Source of the DNA: Neocallimastix sp. 'constans'
Lineage: Eukaryota
Assembly (NCBI GenBank): GCA_050613775.1
Contig: JBODTK010000154.1
Location: 1 to 64,000 of the forward strand
DNA: 64,000 nt
Reading direction: 5' to 3'
Part shown: positions 1 to 19,010 of the stretch, one piece after another
Layout of the letters: every line of letters begins with the position of its first letter
Numbering within the stretch: the first letter of the stretch is position 1
Made by a program: the position numbers and the translations under genes
The notes under the pieces: generated by a model
The model's database searches: none
Seen by the model: the letters and a program-made list of their open reading frames with translations, nothing else
What the model was told of the DNA's origin: nothing

Positions 1-2
1 AC

Positions 3-349
3 ATCTAGTAAAAGACCTTCATGAGAAACAAAGAAATCAATAGTTCTTAAAGTTGGATTAGAGTTCTCATTAATTCCAACAATATTCATAAATTCTAATG
101 AAGTTCTTAATTGATCAATAATTGCTTCATGTTCTTTTCTTAAAGCTTCATTACGAATATGACTTAAATTCCAATGTTCAGCCTTATATAAATCAGCAAA
201 GCCTGTATTAATTAATGAACGAATATAATTTAATGTTGCACTAGAATAGAAATAGGCCTCTATTAAATTTAAATTTATATATATAAACATCATAAGTTTT
301 AATTATTATACTTAATATTATCATATTATTCTAAGCAAAAAATTCATTA

Positions 350-396
<47 letters not shown>

Positions 397-1782
397 ATTA
401 TTATTAATTATTTTGTTATTTCATTAATTTACCTAATAATCTCTCAGGATTAGGTTCACGATCATCTAATTCATAACCATTAATAATATCACCACGATAG
501 GATGGATATTCCTTACCGTCAATTATTTCTATTTATTAATATAAATATTTTTTTTAAAATATATTTGAGACAGATAACAAAAATAATATATATATAATAT
601 ATTATTTGATATTAATTAGCATTATTATCTCACACTAATAAATATTATCACAATTTAATATTTACCAATTGGACTTGAACGTGGTTTAGCATACTATTAT
701 AATAATATTAATGATGATTATAATAAAATAATCATAATTTATAATTAGTAATACTCATTAATATATTTATTTATATATTAAGAAATTAAAAAAAAAGGGG
801 GAAATTATATTACTTGTCCAGCCATTCTTCCAATTCTTACAACTGAGGTTCTACCACCCCAAATTAAAATTAAACTTTGTTTTAATAAAATTTTTAATTG
901 ATTTTCAATATTATCCTAGTTCATAAAAGTAAATAATTTAATACATTTATATATAAATTAATATAATAAAATTAATTATTATATAATATTGTATCTTTTA
1001 TTTTAATTTTTTTATTCTTTAAGACATAATTTTTATTTTTTAGAGAATTTTTATAATTACTTTATTACAATATTCGAATAATTCTGCACAATCACCTCCT
1101 TGGAGTAAGAATCTTTTATTTTCAGCAACTTCTACCAGTTGTTCTCTTAAGTTTTCAATCTATAAAAAATATTAATAAAAAAAAATAAAAAATAAAAAAT
1201 ATTAGAAAAGTATACTTATAATATAATTGCTTCTTAAATAAATTTAACCATTAATGTATAAATTTTTGTATCAATTAAATATATATGTATTTTAGATATA
1301 TATTATGATAAAGTATATGTATGTGCATGTCAATAAGATTAATATGATATTAAATATATATTATAATTATTAAATTGATGAATAACCATCAATTTATAAA
1401 ATTAAATGAACAATTCATTAAATCATAACATTTTAATTTCAATGAATTTCATTTTTAATTTTTAATGGAAACACCATTAAAAAAATAATAAAAATAACAT
1501 CCTTATAATTATTAAATATAATTTACTTTTATAAAACATTAATTATATATAAAAAGAGTCTACAATTATATATATTTTTTTAATTATATAAAATAAGAAT
1601 TATTAATAAATGTTTTTATTTTTATATTTCAAAATATTTACTTCTTGTTGATGAACTAAAGGAGGAACAATATTCAATTTTTCCATTACACTTTTATATT
1701 TTTTTTCATCTTTATATACAACATTTTGAACTATTTCTTTATTTTTCCAAGAATATAAACTCCACTGATTCTTATCTGACAT
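3..1782 (-). CDS. Class II DAHP synthase (phospho-2-dehydro-3-deoxyheptonate aldolase), 5' part; continues beyond window start
   Basis: Exons 1782-1642, 1159-1061, 915-814, 693-666, 528-433 and 259-3 join in frame at GT-AG sites. They give ...PPLVHQQE IENLREQLVEVAENKRFLLQGGDCAELF...RIGRMAGQ YAKPRSSP...PSYRGDIING...PERLL EAYFYSSATLNYIR...FFVSHEGLLLD, the hallmark motifs of class II DAHP synthases. Confidence 0.93.
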
Positions 1783-1834
1783 TTCTTTCAAAGTATAATA
1801 AAAAAAAATTATATATTTTAATCAAATAAATACT

Positions 1835-1872
<38 letters not shown>

Positions 1873-3419
1873 TTATTTCAAATATGTATATTAATATGAA
1901 GTGTGTATTTAAAATTATTAAAAATATTTAGTTTGTGTTTTATTTATTTAAAGTATATTATTAAATAAATTTTTTGAACTATTTTAAAATAATTTGTTAA
2001 AAATAAACTAATTATATTAAATAAATGAATAAAATGGCTTATTGATTTATTTATTTACTTATTTTTATTTATTTATTTATTTTATCAATATTATTTTATT
2101 ATATAATTGTTTGTTTGTTTGTTTGTTTAATTTATTTATTTATTTTATTTATTTATTTATTTACTTGTAATAAAAATTGGTAATAATCATAACATTTTTA
2201 TTGGTTCATGATTTTTTCCACGTTTTTTTTTCTTTAGTAATTTTTAGTAATAAATATATGGAAAAATTAATTCAAATATAAACATAATATCATGATATTA
2301 GGAAGAACTATTTATAAACTTTATTAATATAATAAATTTCATAGAATAAAATACGTATTTTGTTATTTTGTTAGTTGATACTACTATAATGAATAAATGG
2401 ATAAATTATTATTTACATTATTTATATAAAGTTTATAAAATCCAGTCTTTCTTTTTTAAATCTATAATACAATTTTAAAGATCATGTACAATTTTATTCA
2501 TATTATTAAATTATGTATATTTATTTATTATTTATATTTATTATTTTAAAATTTATTATTGATTCATATTAATCTATATGTTTAAAATAATGACTTTTTA
2601 TTATTTTATAATTTTTTTTTTTTAAATTAATTATAATATTATTCACGTTAGATAAAAATATTTATGGCATATATATATGTATTTTGTATATTGACCCCTG
2701 GTTAATTCTTTTAACATTTATCATTTCAGAGCAAGTACTCACTTCCTAACTCTGTTCTTCTGCCTATAAATCACAATTATAGATTTATATTAAGTAGGAA
2801 AAACTTTAAAGGCTTATTGAGAAAATTTATCTTGTATATATGTATATATATATAAAATTGCATATTATATCTTTAATTATAATCAAAGTATTTGAATATT
2901 ATAATTAACAAGTTTAATATTTATTTACATATATAATTATTAATAGTGCATTAATATGTTTTTGCAATATATTATTATTACTGTTAATCATATTGTTAAT
3001 ATTGTTATTTATATATATATATTCTTAATAATTTCGTGTATATCATTTTACAGTTAATAAGTATTATACAGAAAGACTTCATTTCTTTTGTCTAAAGTGT
3101 TAGGTTGTCACAGTCACTTTATGTTTAATATAATAAAAATATTTTATTAATCTATCCTTTTTGTAGTAATTTTTAACCTTTCTTTTCATAATTTATATAT
3201 TAATATTTAATATTTATTATTATTGTTGTAATTATTTATTCATTATTTATTCATTATTTATTTAGTTATTTATTTTATCAATATATATTTTTTTTAAATA
3301 TATTAATACTATTAAAATTCTATTATTAAAATAAATTTTATTTTTCTTTTTGATTTGTTTAAAAAAAAATAAAATAAAAAATTTATATATATATAATATG
3401 CAAACAATATATTTAATAT

Positions 3420-3955
3420 TATTTTATTATTTATTTATTTATTAATTATTTATTATTTATTATTTATTATTTGTTATTTATTATTTATTATTTATTTATT
3501 ATTTATTATTTATTTATTATTTATTATTTATTAATTATTTATTATTTATTATTTATTATTTATTATTTATTATTTATTATTTATTTATTATTTATTATTT
3601 ATTTATTATTTATTATTTATTATTTATTATTTATTATTTATTATTATTTATTATTTATTATTTATTATTTATTTATTATTTATTATTTATTATTTATTAT
3701 TTATTATTTATTTATTATTATTTATTATTATTTATTATTTATTATTTATTATTTATTATTTATTATTTATTATTTATTATTTATTATTTATTATTTAACT
3801 ATTTATTATTTATTATTTATTATTTATTATTTATTATTTATTATTTATTATTTAACTATTTATTATTTATTATTTATTATTTATTATTTATTATTTATTA
3901 TTTATTATTTATTATTTATTATTTATTATTTATTATTTATCATTTATCATTTATT
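3420..3955. repeat. (TTATTTA)n heptanucleotide tandem repeat, imperfect
   Basis: Directly visible 7-bp periodic repeat; it produces the spurious L/F/I/Y ORF 3471-4094. Confidence 0.9.
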
Positions 3956-5089
3956 AATAAATGCTCTTATTTATTATTTATTATTAAATATCTATCTATT
4001 ATTTTATAGTACAATTGTATATTATCAATATTTTATTTTATATATATATTTTTTTATTAGGATATTTAACTTTTTCTTTAAAATCCCAAATTAAATAAAG
4101 TAAAATTAAAAAGAAAAAAAAGATCATTCAATATGGTTTTGACCGAAATTTAGATTAAATAATATATGATAAAATAAATTCTATTATCTGCTAAATACTT
4201 AACTTTAATTTTTAGAAAGTGCTAAATACATGATTATTTTTCTGGGAAAAATCTTTTTTCATTATATAAAATCAAATTTATATTACAAATATATTGTATT
4301 GTATTCTATTATATTCTATTCTTTTTTAATAACTTCACAACCAGAAATAGTATTCTCTAAAATTCAAATAATTAATTATATAATTATGAGTAATTAATAA
4401 TAATTTTATTATAAATAAGTGAAAATTAATGTTAAAAAATAGAAAAAAGAATTATTTCAATGTTCTGTATTCTGTTTTATATTAATTTATTACAAAATAT
4501 ATATAATATAATATTTTATAAATTATATATTTATATTTATTTAAATATATTGCATTTATCATATCAAATTAATTCATATATATAATAAAATATAAGATAA
4601 TATAGCCTTTTTATCAATTTACATTATTTTATTATTCTATTATTCATCCGATAATTATATAAAAAAAGATAAATAATGATAGATAATATAATTAATTTTT
4701 ATCATAAAATAAGATTTAATTATTCCTAATTTATTTATTCTTTATTAATAAAATTTCATTTAAAAGTCTAAGCAAATAATAATAGTTAATATATTAAGAT
4801 TAATTATATATATATATTTAGTAATAAATAAAATTTTTAATTTAAAAAAAAAAAAAAGTATATATATATTAATAATAAAAAGAATTATAGAAAAATACTT
4901 AAAATAAAAATATATAAATAAGAAAAAAGAACGTTTAATTTCAGTTTTTCTATAAAAAAAAAAAAAAATCAAAGAAAAATATTTTTATATTATAATATTA
5001 TTAATATCAATAAATATATAATATTATTTCGTAAATCTTTTAAATATATATATATATATAAGTATTTATAAATTAATAAAAGTTATTTA

Positions 5090-6302
5090 ATGTTGAATAG
5101 AGTTGATACAGTTGGTACTTTTACTGATGGGAAATCCTCTGTAGAACATCAAATTAATATTCATGTCAATGATCTTACTGAAGTTTCAAATAATAATGAT
5201 ATATCTTTAAAAGAGGTTCTTGCCGGCCTTATGTACGTTATGGAATATCGTATTAAGGGTGGCAGACTTCCACACTTAGATTATGATTTAATGAAACGTT
5301 TATGTAATGGTTTACTTTCAAATATTGGTCATTGTGAAAAAGAGCATTTTCAAAATATTCCAACTGAAGAGTCAGACATGGCTCTTCACTTATTTGGTGA
5401 ATTTATTCAAGAAGGTAATTAAAAAAAAAATTATTTATTTCTTTATTATTTTATATTATTATTTTTTATCACTTTTTTGTCTGGTATATAGTTTTATTAA
5501 TGGGTATACTGTTCATTCTATGTAATTAATTAATAAAAAAAAAAAAAAAATAAAAATAAAAATAAAAGAATGAAAGGATAATTTTTAATTTAAAATAAAT
5601 AAAAATAATAATTATTTATTGCTGTTCCGAGATTAAAATGGTCCATTTTATATTTTGAAATAAGAAAAATATTTTAATATAATGATAATAATTGTTCAAA
5701 TAAAATTTAATAAGTTTAATGCTTAATAAAGTTATACTCCTTATTCCATAAAAATTATTTTAGTTTATTTTATAAAATCCATATTATTACTATACATTTA
5801 TATCATGTTTAATATAATATAAATAAAATATTAGAAAAAAAATAGTATTATGAAATAATAATTTCATATATGTCATGTTTAATTAAAATAAGAATAGAAA
5901 TAAAAATTTAGTAATTTGAGAGTAAAATATATATACTTATTATTATTATTATTATTTTTACTATAATTATTAATTGGAAAAAGACTTTACTTTTTTTAAA
6001 ATATATATATAAATATATTAAATATAAAAATAAATTAAAATGAAATTTTTTGTATATTTCATAAAATATATTAAAATATTTTTGATTTAAAGGGAAATAA
6101 GAAAAAGTTTTAATTAATGTGTTAAATAAAATGATAATTAGGTATTATGGTTATTAATTAAAACTAAACAAAAAAATAAATATAAATATATATATGTAAT
6201 AATAATAATAATAATAATATAATAATAATAATAATAATATAATAATAATAATAATAATAATATAATAATAATAATAATAATATAATAATAATAATAATAA
6301 TA

Positions 6303-6343
<41 letters not shown>

Positions 6344-6552
6344 TCTTAATATTTTAATAATATCAAATCATTAATTAAAGTTTCAATACACTTAACATAG
6401 GTTAAGTTTAAAATTTATAAAATAATAGAGGTTTTGATTAGGAATTATTATTTTTTTTTATATATCATTATATAATTTTTTTTATTTAATAAATGATAAT
6501 TATAAATTAAAAATGTTTAATAAATCAAATAAAAATAATATTACTAATAAAA

Positions 6553-6583
<31 letters not shown>

Positions 6584-9500
6584 TAACTGGAAATAAAAAT
6601 TTAAAAATATTTTATACTTTTTCTATTTAAAAATATAATAATAAAATTATTAATATGAATTAATATTAATAGTTGAAGAATTCAGACAAGTTGTAAGAGA
6701 AGTACCAGTAACAGATTTAGCTTATGACTTAAAAATTCATAGACGTTGCACTTCTTCAGCTAGTGATGAACAAAAAAAATCAGCTGTAGCTGTTATCGGT
6801 CTTTTAACTAAAAATTTTACTGAATTTGCTGATTGGAAAGATTTAGTTAAACATGATGAACATAATATGGTAGAAAAAGTATTAAAAGAATATGAACATT
6901 CTTTAGAAATTCCAGAAATGCCGAAATCTCCTGAAGATTTATTACCACCACAAAGTAATTAATTATTTTATTTTTATTTTTCTTATTTATTATTAATTAT
7001 ATTAATGTTATTAATATAACACTATTTTTGTATTTTATTTTAATTTTAATATTATTAAATAATTATTTAAATCTAATTTAAATATTTTAATATTTTTATA
7101 TAATTATATTTACAATATTTTTATGTATTTATAAATATATATAATTTTACCGACATAATCATACTATTTTATATAAATATAATAATATTTATACTATTAT
7201 AAAGGTTTATGGATTGATAGAAAAGTAAATGTTTTATTAGATATGTTTAAAGTTGATAAAGATAAGGGTCTTTCAAGTAATCAAATTGAAGGACTTCGTA
7301 ATCACTATGGAACAAATAATCTTCAACCTCCACCTAAGCCGTCTATATTTAAAATGATCATAGAACAAGTTCGAAATTTTATGAATATCATTCTAATTAT
7401 TGCTACTATTGTTGAAATTTGTATTGGTGAATACAAAGATGCTGCTGTATTATTTGTCGTTATTGTAATTAATGTTGTAATTGGTTTTACTCAAGAATTT
7501 AAAGCGGAAAAAGCATTAGAAGCTTTGACATCATTAACAATTCCACAAGCTTTAGTTATTCGTGATGGTACCCAAGAAAAAATTAATTCTTCAGATTTAG
7601 TTCCTGGTGATATTGTTATTTTAGATGAAGGTGAAGGTGTCCCAGCTGATCTTCGTATTATTGAACAATCCCAATTAGAAATTGTTGAAAGCATTTTAAC
7701 TGGTGAAAGTGTTCCAACGGCTAAAGATATCAAGCATATTCGTAGTCGAACTAGAAAAATTCCATTAGCTGATTGTAAAGGTAACGCTTTCATGGGTACA
7801 GTAGTTGCTCATGGTCGTGGTAAAGGTCTTGTTGTTAGAACAGGTGAATTCACTGAAATTGGTAAAATTAGTAACTCAATTACTTCTCAACCACAAGCAA
7901 AAACTTCTATTCAAAGAAAATTAGATATTTTAGGTAAATGGCTTGTAGTTATTGCTATTGTCTTATGTGTCATTATCGTTATCATTAATATATGCTATGG
8001 TAATAAAATCAAAGAAACTATTGAAATTGGTTTAAGTTTAGCTGTCTCTGTTATTCCAGAAGGTTTGGTAGCTGTCGTTACTGTTGCTATGGCTCTTGGT
8101 GTTCGTCGTATGGCCAAAAGAAATGCTATCGTCAGAAAACTTCCATCAGTAGAAACCCTCGGTTCAGTTACAGTAATTTGTTCTGATAAAACTGGTACCC
8201 TTACTGAAGGTAAGATGGGTACTTCCTTAATTTGGACGATTGATGATTGTGCATACACCTTCACCGAAAGTACTAATATGGATCCAAATAAAGGTACCGT
8301 TCAAAAATTAGCAACTGGTGAAATTACAGAAGAAAATTTAGTTACTGCTGTTGATACTGGTAAGACATATGATACTGCTGATGCCCAATTAATGGCTGCT
8401 ATTCTTTCTGCTTCTCTCTGTAATAACAGTTCTGTTCTTCTTGACTCTGAAACTAATCAATGGAAATCCATTGGTGATCCAACCGAAGTTGCTATGATTG
8501 TTGCTGCTGAAAAAGCTGGTTTTAGTCGTAGTAGTTGGGAAAAGAATGGTTTTACTAAGCTAGGAGAATATCCATTTGATAGTGAACGCAAATTAATGAG
8601 TGTCATCTATACAACAACTAATAACGCACCGGCTACTGGTGAAATTGATATGTCAGCAAATACAACAATAGATACTGTTTGTCCAGTTCCAAATACTTCC
8701 ATTGTTTTAGCTAAAGGTGCCCCAGAAGCCATTCTTCAACGTTCTATAAGTTATGTTCCATCCCTTAATCCTGGACATGGTTCCTTAAATGAATTAATAA
8801 ATGGGGAACAGAAACCTTTAACCAATGAAGCTAAAGCATTAATTGCTACTAGAAATGAACAAATGGCTGGACGTGGTCTTAGAGTCTTAGCTTTAGCTAT
8901 TCGTAAAGTTGGTCATGAAGAAGCTCAGGCCATTGTTAAATCCGAAAATCAACAAGATTCTGAATCAAATCTTTCCTTCATTGGTTTAATTGGTCTTATC
9001 GATCCCCCCAAAAAAGGAGTACGTGAAAGTATTACTACTTGTAAAAATGCTGGTATTCGTGTTATTATGATTACGGGTGATCATGTGACTACTGCCTCAG
9101 CTATTGCTCGCCAGTTAGGGATTATTGATGCTGAAAACGTTAATATGCAACGTACCATGAAGGGTAGTGAATTAGATTTATTATCAGATGATGCCATTTC
9201 TGAACTTAAACCTTTCCCATCCGTTTTTGCTCGTGTTAGTCCAGATAACAAATTAAAAATTGTGAAAGCTCTTCAAACTAGACATGAATTGGCTGCTATG
9301 ACAGGAGATGGTGTTAATGATGCTCCAGCAATTAAAAAAGCTGATGTTGGTATTGCTATGGGTATAGGTGGTACTGAAATTACTAAACAAGCTGCAGATA
9401 TTGTTTTAGCTGATGATAATTTCTCAACAATTGTTGAAGCTATTCGTGAAGGTAGAAGAGTTTATGATAATATTTTAAAATTTATTGTCTATCTTTTAAG

Positions 9501-10167
9501 TTGTAACTCTGCTGAAATTCAGTTAATGATGATATGTACTATTTTCAACATTCCTTTACCATTCACTACGATCATGATTTTATGGGCTAATATTATTGCA
9601 GATGTTCCACCAGCTACTGCTCTCGGTTTAGAACCACCGGAACATGATGTAATGGAACGTTATCCAAATGATCCTCAAAGTGGTATCTTAAATATTAGAA
9701 CAACTATAGCTGCTGTTCTTCAAGGTACCATTCAAGCTGGTGTTTCTTTTGTTCTTTATATGATCGCTAAAGAAACAAAAATTTTAGGAGATGCTGAAAC
9801 TAAACACGTATGTACACAATTTCAATATGCTCAAACAGTTGCCTTCGCTGCTTTAATTACCCTACAATTAATTCAAGCATTCCATAGCAGAAGTGTTTAT
9901 ACTAGTGTTTTCAAAACTGGTATTCTTGAAAATAAATGGTTAGTCTATGCAAATATTTTATCATTTGTGTTAATGTTAATTGGTATCTATGTTCCAGGAA
10001 TTTCTGACTTTTTAGAAAATTATGATATCTTCTGGCAAGCTTGGTTAGGTATTATTATTGGTTTAATTGTTCAATTAGTTATTATAGAATTATTAAAAGC
10101 TTATTTGAGACGTTATGAACATAAAGTAAACTTAAAAAAGAAACAAAGATTCTTAGAAAATGTTTAA
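5090..10167 (+). CDS. P-type (type II) cation-transporting ATPase, ~1189 aa, 3 exons
   Basis: Exons 5090-5414, 6673-6954 and 7205-10167 join in frame (3570 nt). Motifs: TGES, PEGL, DKTGTLT (phosphorylated Asp), KGAPE, MITGD, TGDGVNDAP, with C-terminal TM helices. Ca2+ versus Na+/K+ specificity is not resolved. Confidence 0.93.
6197..6342. repeat. (TAA)n microsatellite in ATPase intron 1
   Basis: Directly visible, with periodic interruptions. Confidence 0.9.
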
Positions 10168-10310
10168 ATAATTCTTCAGAACTGAAGAAAAGAAATTCAA
10201 ATATATTCAAATATATATGAAAATAATAATAATAATATGATTATTATTATTATTATTTTATTATTATCATAATATTTTATTTTAAATTAAGAGATAGAAA
10301 ATTAATAATA

Positions 10311-10343
<33 letters not shown>

Positions 10344-10774
10344 ATTGTAATAATAATTTTTATTTTATATTATATAGTATTGTATAAAAAGAATTTTTAA
10401 ATAAGATTATAGATATAAAACAATTTAATATAAGTAGTTTTCAGATAATATATTCATCATTTTTATATATATATATATATATTTTATTATAATTTTTTTT
10501 ATAACTTATATAAAAGGTCTATTATATTAATTTATTTATTAATTTAATTTTATAAAATAGAGATATTACAAAATCTCTACATATTTATTTTTTATATTTA
10601 TTTATAATTTATTTATAAATACTTTTTTATATGTTTAATACTAATAATTAATATTCCTTTTTTTTTTTTTTTTTTTTAACAAAAATAATTATAAATTTTT
10701 TTTACTATTTTACTATTAATTTGAAAAATAATAAATTACAATAACGCGAAGCAAAATAAGATAAAATAAATAAA

Positions 10775-10814
<40 letters not shown>

Positions 10815-10999
10815 TATTCTCTTTTTTCGTATTCTTTGATGATAATATCTTATATATATGTTTATTTATTTTTTACATATGTTGTATATAAAATTTAAAT
10901 AATAAAATTAAAGGCTTCCCAATTATAGTTTATATATATATATTATTTTAAAAATAAAAATATTATTATCATCATCAATATTATTATTTATATTGATCA

Positions 11000-15202
<4,203 letters not shown>

Positions 15203-15593
15203 TATTAAATATATATATAACTTGTTTCCATATAATTTAATTTACTTTTAAAATAATTCTTTAATTACTTTCAATAAAATTATTTTTTTTTTTTTTATAT
15301 TACATAAGAATAATAATTAATTAATATCTAAATTTATATTAATCTTCATATATTAAATAATTTAAATATAATTATATATTTATTATTTTTAAAATTAACT
15401 TTAAATATTAATTTTTAAATTTAAAATTATTAAATAAAATTTCAAAATCTATTTCTTTAACTATGTATAAAATTTTTAAATATATTCATAAATTTGATAA
15501 TTTATTTAAATAAATTGTATATACATTTAACAAATAATTCATAGGTAGATTATTTTATTTCAATGAATATGATTCATGATTCATTTCATCAAA

Positions 15594-16142
15594 GGATGTG
15601 TTTCATTTCGGAACGTGGCTTATATAAAATGTAGTGAAATTGTTTATATAAGTGGATTAAATTATATTACATAAATAAATATTTAATATTTTACTGAATA
15701 AATATTTTATATTTAATTTTAAAGATTGTTAAAATAAAATAATATTTAATAATATTTAATAAATTATATTTATATTTTTTATTTATAATAATTTGTTCTT
15801 TTCATTTATTATAAATGAAAAAGAACATTTATAATTGTTAACACTAAAAAAAAAAATAATAATTAAATAAATAAACAATAAAATAAATAATATCAAATCA
15901 AATTAAATAATTAAATAAATAAATAATAAATTATAAAAAAATAGATATATTTTCTTTTTAACCAAAATAAATAATGAAAATAATACTAAAGATGTTCTAA
16001 CTCATAGTCAATTTCTTAATCAAGCTAAACAAACTAGGAAAAGAAGTATGACAGATATACAAATATTAAAAAATGGAAAAAAATCCAAAAATTGAAAAAA
16101 GTAAAATAAAAAAGTGTTTATGATAAAATTTTTTGATGTTAA

Positions 16143-16186
<44 letters not shown>

Positions 16187-16295
16187 ATATTTATTTCAAG
16201 TTTTATTTATTTATTTAACAAAAAAAAAATTAAAAATGTGGAGCGTTAAATTAGGAATAAATTTTATAAATCATGGTCCAAAATGCAACACATTC
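15594..16295. mobile_element. Non-autonomous TIR element (MITE-like), copy A
   Basis: Left end GGATGTGTTTCATTTCGGAACG; right end is the reverse complement of GAATGTGTTGCATTTTGGACC. Internal blocks are shared with 20340-20962. No target-site duplication seen. Confidence 0.6.
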
Positions 16296-16726
16296 TTAAC
16301 CATATTTTATTACTTAATTGTGGCGTATTTCATTATAATCACACTTCTAAAAAATAAATAAATAAAAAAATAGATAAATAATAAAAGTAGTTGTAAAACT
16401 TTATTAATATAAAGTTATATTCAAACTTAATAAAATATTAAATTAAATTATATTAAATATATTGTAAATACAACTTATCTTTAGAAACATTATCTAATAC
16501 AAAATATGTACCAACATCTTTAGCACTAAATACACATTTAACTAATATAAATAGAGCATTAATAAACAGTAATTTCATTTTGATTATTATATTTGAATAT
16601 TATATCTTATATTGAATAATATTTTTTTATTATAATAATAAATAAAAAATCATTTTAAAAAATATTTATATATTATAATTAAGTTTTAAAAACTTTATAT
16701 ATTAATAATTTAATTTTGAATATCCT

Positions 16727-17484
16727 AATTAATTTTAGCATTATCACATTTACCAAAACAGTAACAGCAACTAATAATTATTAATAATAAGTAATCTTTC
16801 ACCTATTCCTATTTTATAAATCCAGAAGTTAACTCTTCACTATCAGAAGGTTTATAATGAATATTAGAACATATTCCACTATAATTTTTAAACGAACACT
16901 CTATATTTGATGTACAAGATTCTCCAAGCATTTTAACACAATAAGCATATTCTCTGATAGATAAAATAGAATTATTTTTCGTATACATATCATCGCAACG
17001 TTCCACATCAGGTTCTGAATTTTATGAACAAGTACTGTTCACACATTTATTTGAAAATTGTATATTGTATATCATTTTTATAATTAATAGAGACATTGAT
17101 GGTTTTATTGTGTTTAAATTCATTATAATCATCTATATTGATATTAATATAAGGAAATAAAATATAACTATATCCATTTTTAGCTGGAAGTTCAATAAAA
17201 GGTTTTTCAAAGCTTAAATTCACACACGCACATACACTATTTTTACAATAAAGTAAACTAGTTACATCACACCCTACAATATCATTATCTAATCTTTCTT
17301 TTATAAAACTACTAGTTGTATCGAAATGGTAAATAAGTTCATCCGGAATATCAGTAGATTCAATACATATAATATGAGTGGAACCATATTGAAAAAAAAA
17401 GACAAAAACCATGTATATATAGTTAAAAGAAAGTGAAATAACATTGTAACTATTTATAAATATTATCAAATATTTAAATCGCAA
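16727..17484 (-). pseudogene. Disrupted Cys-rich membrane/secreted protein gene
   Basis: ORFs 17484-17047 and 17006-16809 connect through a frameshift and an in-frame stop (SNKCVNSTCS*NSEPDVERCDDMY...CVKMLGESCTSNIECS...PSDSEE). A hydrophobic/CCYC tail follows further stops. It resembles, from recollection and not a search, an expanded Cys-rich hypothetical family of gut fungi. Confidence 0.55.
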
Positions 17485-19010
17485 TATACTTATTTATTTG
17501 TTTGATGTTATTCAAATATTTATATACAATTTTATTGTATTTTTGTTGATATTAAATTTTCAGTTATTTATTATTAATATAATACTAAAAATCACTTTAT
17601 TTATACTATTGTATTATATTCTGAGCTATATGTAAATATATTTTAAATATTATATCTATACTCATATCAAATTTTAGTTTCATGTAGATTATTATATTAC
17701 AAAAGTTTATCATTGCAAATATACTTAGCTGTAAATATTTATGGATACTATATATTTAAATGATTGCTTAATAAAATATAAGCAATAAGTACATTTTAAT
17801 ATTATTTATCATAGATAACAGAAATAAATATAAGCTAAACAAAATAAACCATTTATGTAAATAATTATTTCCTAATATATATATTAAATTTATTTTTTTT
17901 TTATATTGAAATTTATTTTATTTTTGCTCTTTAATTCAACCATTTCTGTTACTGTTCTATTTTTTTTCAATAACTATTTAACATTGATTGAAATTCAAAT
18001 ATATAGTGTATGCTATTATTTAGTAATCCCTACAATATACTAAAATAAATTGTTATTGTTTCTATAAAACAATTGACAAATGTTTTTAACTTAATTATAA
18101 ATATGTTTTTGCTAGAAATAAAATAAAATTCAAATATTGTTCTAAATAATATTGAATTAATTAATGAATCCCAATTACCAAAATACTTGAATTATATAAT
18201 CTCCAGTATAAAACAATAAAAATTAATTTTGTACTAACATTAATCAAAAATTATTATTGTATTTTTAAATAATATTTGATTATATCTACCGGTTCTTGAA
18301 TTATATAGTCAATTAAATCTTTATCTATTCTATTTATAATCAAACATTAAAATTAGTGGATAATAGGATTAATTTTGATCAAGTTAAAATTTATTAATCT
18401 ACAAAATTAATTTACAACGAAATTGAACGTTACAATTTGCAATATATATTATATATATTATTCCACTTATTAGAATTACAATCAATAAATAATAAAACAA
18501 TTATTTTAAATCATTAACTATTTATGTGATAAACTACATTAAAGTTTAAATTTTAATTATTATATATATTTTAATTTTAATATTAATTTTCCACAGTTTT
18601 AATACTGACTTTCTATTATTAATTTTAAAGTGTTTCAATTAATATTATGCTATTGATAAAGTATGCCTTGGTTCAAATTCCCTTGTTGGGAGAAGTTTTA
18701 TTTAAGTTGTTATTTTATTTATTATTTAAAAGTAATTATAAAAATTATTCAATACATGTATTTAATTATTAATTTGTAAATATAAAAGAAATTATAAAAT
18801 AAATTGGCATAAAAAATTGCAAAGAATAATTATAAAGAATTATTCTTGCTTTTATATTTGTAATTCATAATAAACTATTTAATTAATTTTTAGAATAACT
18901 AATAAGTATTTAAAGTATTTAATATAAAAGTTTAAAATAAAACATAAAATATTAAAATAAAATATTCATAAAATAATGATATTGTTAGAAATTTACTACA
19001 ATTAATAAAC

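Noticed and set aside
3471..4094. 207-aa hydrophobic ORF
   Set aside because: Translation of the (TTATTTA)n repeat; no coding signal.
7491..8264. Minus-strand ORFs inside the ATPase
   Set aside because: Antisense shadows of a real CDS.
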